A DNA stretch of 63,765 nt, the filler included, from Sluysia triapertura (taxonomy: Eukaryota): assembly GCA_046118255.1 (NCBI GenBank). It is 5 parts of 5 records of this genome, joined end to end, with 100 filler letters (N's around TTAATTAATTAA, not from the genome) between each part and the next. Parts side by side here need not be neighbours in the genome. Positions count along the whole stretch, not along the records: positions 52,575 to 63,765 come from JBJNIA010187678.1; 4 more parts are not named here. One strand, given 5' to 3'. Positions 53,862 through 63,765 of the stretch are shown one piece after another. Both the position numbers and the translations under genes were made by a program. The notes beneath the pieces were generated by a model. The model was not told where the DNA came from and ran no database searches. It saw nothing but the letters and a program-made list of their open reading frames with translations. How positions within the stretch are numbered: the first letter of the stretch is position 1; every line of letters begins with the position of its first letter.

Positions 53862-56800
53862 AATGAACCTTTTTTGAATTGATTTTAATAAGGTTCTGAA
53901 AATGAACCTGTGAGTTTACAAAATATTTTAATACGGTTCTTACGTCGAACCGGTAATTTGTAAAATTTTAAATGAACTAAAATGGAAGATCATATTTGTA
54001 CAAAAAATTTTATTATTCAAATAGTAAACACGTAAGAATAACAAATATACAATGGGGTTATAAGTATAATAAATTAAAACTGATTATTGAAGTATGATCA
54101 AAAATGATGATTTTAGTTAATATTTTAATGAGCTATCACTAAACGATAGCTATAAAAATGTTTTATAAGATTTTAAGTGGAATTTAGGTATGTAATATTA
54201 AATATCACTATAAAACTTATGTAAAATAAACTAACGATGGTATGAAACAATTATGTGAAGTCAGATAAAGTTTTTTTGAGCTGTGAATAGTCTCTCGAAG
54301 ATCTGGTAAAATTGTATATTGAAGATAGCTTCCTTGGATTTGTAACAAATTTAAAAAGATTTATTTGTGTAATTTTAACAAGAATTTGATGTTATTTATA
54401 TTAGGTCCATTGACCTTGGAAAGTAATTAAAAAAAGGTTATTATATTTTAATGTTTGAAATATTTGATTTTAAAACATATAATATTTAATATTTAATTAT
54501 TTATAATAATATTTAAAAATGATGATGACTTACCTATTTTATTCCAATTATTAAATAATTTTATTGATAATTAATCCAAATTAATTTTATTGATAATCCA
54601 ATTTTTTAAATAGCTAAATTGATACTTTTATTGATTTTTTATTTATTGTATGTTTGTTTTATAAATTATTCAGATTTGATTATTCAATTGTATGTTTCTA
54701 AATTTATTGTGTGAATTTATTGATTAAAACTAAATTTATTTATTGGTTATTGTGAACTAAACATATTTACATATTAAAACTAAATTCATGTGTGTTTCTA
54801 AATTTAATTGTAATTGATTGATTGTGTATTTACATATGTATTAAAAATAAAACTCAAAAAAAATTAATAAGTACTCATTAACCATAATAAAAATTTTAGT
54901 GACGATAATGAATGAAATAATGATGATGACAAAAATGACGTATTTTTCTTAAAATTTTTAAAATTAACAAAAATCTTACAAATATTTTAAACTTCTGATG
55001 AGATTTTATTGTTTATGTGAAAGGAAGTTCGATTTTACATTTTATAAATTTGAGTAAGATTTTATGTAATAAATATTAAAATTGCAAAAATTTCTATGGT
55101 CATGGTTCATGACACTGTTTATTTCTCTAGTTATTTTATTTGGTCTTGCGTTTCAGATTCCTCATCTGTATCAATTTTAAATATTACAAATTAAACGTTG
55201 AAATACACAGTATTTACTGTTTGAAAATCAATGTGAATAATAATATGGTAGGCAAATTATTATTATAGAACAATATTTACCGTCCGAAAATTTATGCACT
55301 AAGAAATTGTTTGTTGGCCATTTACTGTAGAAAAAAATTAAAATAAGCTGATGTCTAAAATATAATATAAGATAAAATTACTATATAAGGTGTTTTTGAC
55401 TATGAACATAACTTATATTGTCTATAAACACCTAAAGGAAGAAGTGGTGTTATCAAACCAAGATTACTTAATATAACAGCAAGTTTAGTGCACAGTATTT
55501 CGTTTTTAAATTAGCAATCTATAATTATGATTTCTTAATAAACTACTCGTTTTCGTATCAATTCCTTTCTTAACTCTTTGTTTTATTTGTTTTAAAAATG
55601 CATTACCTGATAATTAATTTGTGAAATCTTAACCATTTTTATTACAAGAAAATCATCTTGTATTTGTATATTATCTAGTACAGCTTATTCGTTATAATTT
55701 TTGTAAAATATCCTGATAATGTAGATTATCAAGTATCACTTCTACAAATGGCGGTTTAATATATTAAACTCACTAGTATGCCTTGAGGTCGTTTTTTATT
55801 ACACATGTGTACATCATCATAATGCTTAAGGCACTTGAAATATATTTGAAATTGGTTCTTAAATTTATGTTCGTCAATTGGTTATATGACTTAGACACTA
55901 AGATTTCTTTTTTCTTTGATAAGTATCAAAAAAGTGCTTAAGGAATTTTAAAATTAATCCACCGATTTAGGTCAGCAGGGATTACTTAGCAAAATACCTT
56001 TTTTATTCCTTTTATTTATATCAAGATCAAAAACAAAAAAATAGCAATTACAAATTATATATAAAACAAAATTATTACATTTTGAGAATTGATAGTAAAT
56101 CAAGCAGAAACGGTCCAATGTATATTTGTTGACTAGATAAATTTTGTTGTTCTTTACGATCAATAAATCTCGTTCACATATTTTAATTTCACGTATATGA
56201 TGAGCTTGGTCTTTAGCAACCTCTAAGGATTTCATATGACGCTTTAAATTGATCCTTAAATTGATATAAACTTTTACTACTATACTTTTTGAAACTGTCG
56301 AAAAACCTTCACTCGTCTTAATTACAAAATTTAAATTTTGTAGGGAACCATATATTTTCACATCAAAATTTTAAATATAATTTGTATTTAAAAATAGTTG
56401 AAATTTCTGTCATCCAAAAAGTTATTATGGGTAGATACATGTGTTGAACACAATTACAGTTTAGAATGTTATATGAACTTTGTTTACTACTCAGCCACAT
56501 CCGGATTATCATAAGATATAAGAATTTATAATTAAATAGATGTTCAATAAAGTTAAAAGGCAAATATATTAAATTTTGTTATTAGGATATATAATAAAAT
56601 TAGTAAAACCTCTTAATAGTTAGCTGTCATTTGAATTATATCACTACGATCCAAATTGTCATATTTAGAAGGCACTTCGCTTCTTAGTATTTTCAACTTT
56701 ACATGAATATTTCTTTAGCAAAATGAGACCTCCATGTTCCATGTAGCATGTTCCGATTGTAAATATTCTAGAATATATACAATTTTAAATAAATGCGCTA

Positions 56801-57419
56801 CGAAAGCATAACGTTAAGTATAATATTCATTTTTTTGAGTGGACATATTATCTGTAGAAGTGAGCAAATTTTGTAACTTAAGCACGGGCTGAATTTCAAA
56901 TAATTCGTCATCAATTTCGTTTCCCATTTTGATTACATCGATGTCTCTAATTTTAATCGAGTCCATTTGTCACTTAATATTTTATAACAACGTACTAAAT
57001 TTTCTGATTTTGTCATCTTTTAGTTTTAAATTAAGATTTCGTAATTTTATGAAATTATATATCTTTTTTTGATAAAATGCAGTAATTAATGTGTAAAGAT
57101 TATGACAATATTAGTTATAGAAGAGCAAATTCAAATAGCTAAAGAAAATGAAACATTAATAAAGGAACATCTTTGTTGTAGACTAGTTGTTTGAACAATT
57201 ACTACGTATGCTGAAAGAATCTTCAAAAGCTCCTCATCCTGAAAATTCTGATGACCAGAGAAATGTATAGATTAAAATTAGTTCTTATCTAATTGATATT
57301 TCAATCACTAATGTTATTTTTACTAATAAAAATAAAATATAAATTCTATTTTAAAGAATGATTAAGCTTATAATTCTTTTTATTTTGATTTTTCATAAAT
57401 AACAATTATTTGAATAAAT

Positions 57420-57830
57420 AGTGATATCATTATACCATTTTCTAAATCGAAACTTTCTTCAACGGATCTCTTGCCATGTAAGTTTACTGAATCACAACAT
57501 TATTGTATATTTTACCACACATGAAGGAATCATTCTCATACGCCCTTCCAATTTACCTATTATAAATAAGTTATTCATTTTTTATTAAGTTTATACCCTT
57601 TATTTAAATTTGTGGAATCATATTCAAACGCATCTCTACAAATAGAAGCTGTTAATTTAAGTGGTTTCAAAGCAGTTTATACATAAATAGTAGCAGTAGT
57701 TACTATTAAACGTTCAAGTCACTAGTTTCCTTAATAACTGTTCTATTTGGCCTGGATTTCGGACTCTAACATCTAGCATTGAAAACTTTTTCATATTTAT
57801 GATTGACTACGCTCATATGTCTTAATATTC
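57420..57830 (-). pseudogene. Second, more diverged remnant of the chuvirus-like glycoprotein gene
   Basis: IKTYERSQ/KFSMLDV, ALKPLKLTASICRDAFEYDSTNLNKG, GKIYNNVVIQ*TY and RSVEESFDLENG align to IKAFDCSQ/KFSLLDT, VLKPFKILPSNCRDAFETEYISLNKG, GKIYNNV and RSFNESFDLEKG of the 44-kb copy. Confidence 0.8.
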
Positions 57831-57935
57831 GCTAACAGCATTATTTATAAAGTTGATGGATTTAGAAAATTATATTACCAAGAGTAAAATAAACTTAAAG
57901 TGTTATGATTAATAATAATAATAATAGTAATACTA

Positions 57936-57966
<31 letters not shown>

Positions 57967-59929
57967 ATTGTTTTGTTTTATATCGAAGATGTTCTTTGTT
58001 GAATAAACAATATTTCTATTTTCTTATCAAAAAACATAACGAGGTTTTCATTTTTTTCTAAATTATTTAAGTTAGTTTTACTATATTAAAGTATATGTAC
58101 TACGATAATTTTAACTCTTCAACATTTGGGACCACTGTTTAGTTATTTATTACTACTTTTATTTTTAATTTATACTGACCCTAGTCTGAATATTCGCATA
58201 TCTTTATTTTTATGTATTATATATGCTTTATACTTTTTTAGCTGAGACTTTGCCTTTTTAACATAAGTGAAAACTTTGGAAAGTAAAAAATATACTAAGT
58301 CTAGATTAATTTTATTATTCCTTTTAATTATTTCCTTATCAGTTATTTTTGTCAAATCTATTAAAATTTTTCGAAGTGCACTTAATTGTGCTACATCATT
58401 TATTTTCTCCTTCTGAGCCTTTCTAGTCAGATTCACAATAAAGCCAGGTTTTATTATTTTATTTTATTAAAACATTAAAAAATCATTATTTTGTTAAAAA
58501 ATTATCATTAAGTTACGCCATAAAAAATTTTCCGTTTCATCAAATCACATATGGGCAACTATATGTGGCATTATTTTTTAATAACGAAATCGAATAACCA
58601 CAATCATTCATGAAATTTTCCGGAAGCGTATCAAATTACCTTTAGGTCTTTTGTATTGAATTACTATATTTACTTTGTTTATTAGTACCTCAATTATTTA
58701 AATCTATTAACTACTTAATGCATGATATTTTTCGACAAGAGAGTCAAAAAATGATCATTTACTTTAGCTTGGTTTTATAGAAAGGAAAAATGAGTTTTGA
58801 AATTAAAAAATGAGAAATTTAATATTAATTGAATAAAAAACTTTATTTGCTGTTTATTGATATTGTATAACATAGAATTAAATATGTTCGTTATGACCTA
58901 TGCTCGAGTTAACTCGGGCTTATGCATTAAGTGGTTAAAGAAATTTTCCTCAAGCGATCTAAGATTTTAATTGAATTCTAAATCTTAAATGATGTACTTA
59001 ACTTTTTTTCAACAGAATTAACTTCCACTTTAAAGATTACATCAACGAGGCTATTTATAAGTAACAAACAAACTAATTAAATTAAGACAACACAAAGTAA
59101 GAATTTGTAACACTAACGCAATTGCTAAATAAAAATTAAGCAAAATTCTTAAGTTAAATACCTGTAATGTATTGTTTAAAGAGTAATTTTCAATACATTC
59201 TAAATTTTTATTTAAATAAATTTATTACATTATTATTATTAAAAATCCTATTGGAGTGATAGGATCTATGATTAACTCTAGTTATAAAGTTTACAAAAAA
59301 CGAAGATTACAATCAATTCGTTATGATAAAATTATTAATACTTTTAAATGATCTCATTAAGGATTGTGTAAAAATTTATCTTTTTTAAATGAGTCTAAAT
59401 CCATTATATTTATTACTTATATTACACATCGCTTTACAATATTATTTTGCCTCGTAATAATATTTTATTGTCATTACTATTACTGTAATTAATGTAGTAT
59501 TAAGAATTTCAAATTTTATGCATAATTTTATGTGTGAATTTTATTAATCAAGTCAGTTGTTACGGAGGTTAGATCTTAACTTATTTCTGTTGGTAAAGAG
59601 TCAAGTGCAAACCTTAATAGTCAAATTGAATAAATTCCTAATTATCAATATTTAAAATAAATTAAACACTTATTTCGCTACATATTTACAAAACACATTC
59701 AATATAAATATACAATCCAGTAAAATGGACCGCATGTATTTTAGTATTAATTTTATTTTTAATTTAGGCATTGTACATATGGAATCAGTATTCACCTAGA
59801 AGAAATTTATATGCTCAATGTCCATGAAGTAATTCATTATGATTTATACTTGCTCCAAAAAGTTATCGATAGATTTGATGGATTGTGTAAAATATCGAAA
59901 TTAAGCCAAATCAGAGTATGTTATCATCT

Positions 59930-60013
59930 ATAGTCATCTATTGCCAAGAAGTTTTGGCTGCAGAAAGCATGAAACCGTCAAAACTGCAACTACATTTGAA
60001 TACTAAACATGGC
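59930..60013 (+). mobile_element. hAT (Buster/Charlie-type) transposase zinc-finger fragment
   Basis: CQEVLAAESMKPSKLQLHLNTKH matches the CxEVLxxESMKPSKLxRHLxTKH motif. Confidence 0.75.
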
Positions 60014-63000
60014 AGTTGAGGATGGGGATCGAGTTGAGGACATTGACCTTCGGAAAGTGTCACTAGTAAAATTTTGTTTTAATTATTTTGACTATTATTT
60101 TAACTATTTAAACTTTTTAGAATTATGTTCCAGCTATTGGCTCAAACTGATGACCAAGGATGCAATGGGAAAGATATTGCGAAATAACAGAACGGATAAT
60201 ATAATTCAAAAATTTATTAACAATCTTTTAAAAACTTCTAATATGTTAATAAATATTAGTTTTAGTGTATTTAATAATTCTTTAATTAATAGATGCATTT
60301 ATAATAATGAAAATCTTGTATATTTCAAAACAAAAGAAAATATGATATATTATATCGCCCTCGATAACCCTATACCAAGATATCAGTTCACATTTTAATA
60401 AGCCAACTTAAAGTGTCATCATGTAGATGTGTCAAATTCAAAGTGATCATAGACCTAGATAATGAAATAATATTAAGGGGTTTTGAGGTTTGTATTTTCA
60501 AACAGTTATAATAATTATTCAGCATTATCACCTAAAATAGCTCACACCCTAAATTGGTGACTAGAACCCAAAACCCTAAAGGGATAACACTCGTTAAAGC
60601 TAATTTAAATTATTTAATAGACGAAATAATTGGAAATGAACAAGTATAAAAAAATTGTAAGGAATTATATCGCAATACTATCTTATATTTTATAAATGTA
60701 TTAGGATGGTAATTACTTAGATTATGGTGCTTATGCTTACGACTTTCATTATTAATTAAACTTTCATGCTAATTTCAATTTTTATTTATTCTTTTGATTT
60801 GACTATTAGTTAATTTTTATTCATTTAATTTCATTAATCATTTTTTCTATATAATATATAACTGAATTAAGTTTTTTGATTTTGAATTTTAATGTACATC
60901 TTACGAAAGGAGTCTAATAATTTTCTAAAATTTTACAAATCTGTAATGCGTTTAAAATCAATAAATTACTTTTGTTATTACAATGGGTTTTGAAAGAAAT
61001 TAAATCAAAGCTAAATCATAGGTTAAATTATCCAGTAAAAAATAAAATTATATTATTGTTTATAAGTTATATTAAATAAAAATAATTTTTTTCAAGGACT
61101 AAATGTTATATTTCATTATCTTTCGAAGGATTTTTAAGACAGTAAAATTATTTCATTATTTGAAAGAACAATTGTGTAATAAATAAATTTAATAATTTTA
61201 ATAAATTTAAATTAAAAAAATTTATAGAATTTACAATGTATAATACATTTTAGAATTTTTATCGAAGAATACAATAATAGAATGCAAGTTATTTCTTTGG
61301 GTGAAAATTAAGAGAAATTTGTTACAGTTTAAAGAAGTGATCATTTAAATACTACTTCGTTTTAAAGATAATTTGCCAAATTTATTTGAAGCGAACATTG
61401 ATTACTTGAGGTTTTTGAAAGTTCGTAGAAATTAATCAAAACTATAAGTTAGTTTAGACTTTTTAATTTTATTTTTTTTGTAATTTTATAGAATATTGTG
61501 TACCATTAACTTCATTTTATTGGAACGAATATTTACACTACTTGAAGTAATATTTTATTATATACATTTTAAACTGGACAAATAGTCGAAAAAGCAATTA
61601 AAGTTACATGTATTGTTAAAAGACAATAGTCGACCATAATAAAGAAGTTTATGATGTAGCGTTTACCAAAACTGGTTAAGGACTTAGTATATTTGCTAGT
61701 GCTGGTGCAGATGCCTAGTGCTCATATTATACTTGAGTCATCTAGAACATAATTATGAAGATTCTAATAAATCTGCACTATTTATAATAGCATGAAACAA
61801 ACTTTTATTTAATTGTTTATGTTCTCGTTAATAATTATTAAAATAAATACATCAACTTAATCAAACTTTTAACTTATACTTGAATTTTTGTTCAAAATAG
61901 TGATTCTTAAGTCTAATTAAATTGATTTTAATAACAAAAATTTGTAATAATTTGTACATTTTGCTCGTGTTAAATTAAATTTGAAATTATCAATATCATA
62001 TGTTTTATCTTTATTTAAATTGAATTAAATACATTCTATTGAAAATAAGCTTCTTATTTATTAAGTTGCTCTTTCTACATTATTGTATGCATGTAAATTG
62101 ATAAATCATTGAGTATTAATCTATTTTTAGTTGCGAGTTTAAAATACTAAGTTAATTTCAAAAATTATAATGTCATTTCAGTTAAATTTTGACTGATGAA
62201 AATATGTAACACGTCACAGAGAGGTCACTGCGATTTTCGATTAATTTACCCCGTAACTTTTGCTTATTGAATTTTAACAAAAATATTTTATTCTTTATTC
62301 AAATGTAGTCGTTAGTGTAAGTTTTCTGGTTGGATTAACAACTGTTCTACAATTCTGTATCAATGAATTTTAACGACTAAATAAAAATTATCAAATATTC
62401 AGAAACATTAGCATAATACAAAATAAAAAATATGACTAGTATCGTTTTGCAATATTATATATTTTAAATTGTTAATGTGTTACTATTTGTGTTAATGTTT
62501 TAAAGATGTTTCATTTAGAGACATTAATTTGTTTGAAGCACATAGATTATGTAGTTTTGAGTATCTAGGTGAAGAACGGTAAAGATCATATTTATTCAAC
62601 TGAGATTAATGTATGATATTCATAAAGATTTGTAAACCAATCTATTATTTTACAATAGAACAAACCTAAACGAGAAAAGCAGTTTATGATATTAAGATCT
62701 CAATAGATGGATTACGAGTATTCTAAAAGTATGAATATACTAGTGTTTTATCTATGAAAACTTAAAACCTACACTAACAAAATAATTCTGGAGGTTAGTT
62801 AGACACTAACAATATCAATATCTGGAAAGTAATAATTATGCTACTTAAATATTTTTGGTCAACGTAACCAAGAATAATCACGATTACAATAAAATTTTTT
62901 GGCAAAGATACTTTTTTAAAACAGTAATATCTAAAGTAGAAATGTTTAGTATTTTGATAAAATAAATTGCTAGAGTGTTTCCCACAAAACTACTTTAAAA

Positions 63001-63119
63001 ATGGCTGAAAATCAAATTTAATAACTTGCAATAAAAATAGCACAGTATTGACTTATATTAAAATTAACTTCCCTTTAATAAAATCAATTGTTTACCTTAT
63101 TTTAAAATAATAAAAAATA

Positions 63120-63765
63120 AATAAAAACTTTACGCATGGATCTTCACAATTACATAATTGCGTCATTATTGTTATTGTGTGATAAAAATTTAGAAATCTT
63201 TATTTTATACTCATCATCCAATCAATTCCAAGTCTCACAACCAAACATTCTCTTACACAAATCATCCAAACCTCTTTGATAATCAAACCGACAATAACAA
63301 CTTTGTCAATTACATGGTACGGTCTGTCAAATTTTATTAGGTACAAAACATAGAAATCTGATTTATTATCAACCATCATTTTCTTTTAATCTACTCTACT
63401 CAGTCTATTTTTACTTAAATTACTTCTCACATTAAAATAACCATCAGCAATATTATTAACATACATAAAAATAATGAATTTAATTTAATTGATTTTTAAT
63501 TTTTCACACCCAATTTTCTAATGAAAAAATGTTTTAAGGTTATTATTCTCAAACGAACCATTTACAAACATTTCGAACCCACTTATAAATTCTCCTCTTT
63601 CATAGCAATCATCTCATATTCCATTCACCACATTTGCATTACTCTAAGTATTAAAAATTCAACATTCCGTAATTAAAAATTAATTAAAATTTGACTTTGC
63701 TCAATATTAAGGCTTTCCTTGCATGAACTCTGTCAAACCATACCTTCATCGAAAGGTCTTTTCAA
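63120..63765. repeat. Dispersed repeat family A copy, running off the window end
   Basis: Aligns with 10740-10936 and 31680-32230. Confidence 0.85.

Noticed and set aside
57480-57560. P2X7-tail-like motif GKLEGRMRMIPSCVV
   Set aside because: An alternative frame aligns better and colinearly with the chuvirus-like glycoprotein.
58500-58938. piggyBac transposase end with palindrome ctcgagttaactcggg and terminal ttaa
   Set aside because: Only one candidate end and no convincing transposase motif.

Overview
AT-rich eukaryotic (metazoan) DNA with very short introns (32-35 nt). It is five unrelated contigs (1-10936, 11037-24354, 24455-39465, 39566-52474, 52575-63765) joined by artificial N44-TTAATTAATTAA-N44 spacers, so adjacency across spacers is meaningless. 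Apparently intact host genes: DcpS and Gemin7 (intronless, same strand, overlapping by 17 nt) and a 5-exon AP-4/TFAP4 bHLH gene. Orphan or truncated host-gene fragments are scattered among repeats: DEAD-box helicase, CHMP2A, a chimeric truncated PP6c, an ACADSB last exon and a possible RhoGAP. Mobile DNA includes L2/CR1-type LINE remnants, an R2/NeSL-like RT remnant, TTAA-flanked piggyBac-type MITEs, a hAT/Buster fragment and a tRNA-derived repeat. The standout is a decayed Ty3/Gypsy element (40746-46260, minus strand) ordered gag(CCHC) - Bcl-2-like domain - chuvirus-like class III fusion glycoprotein - protease - RT. The envelope therefore lies between gag and pol and is fused in frame to a Bcl-2-like module. 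A second, diverged copy of the glycoprotein gene lies on another contig (about 57420-57830). All family assignments come from manual translation and recalled motifs; no searches were run.
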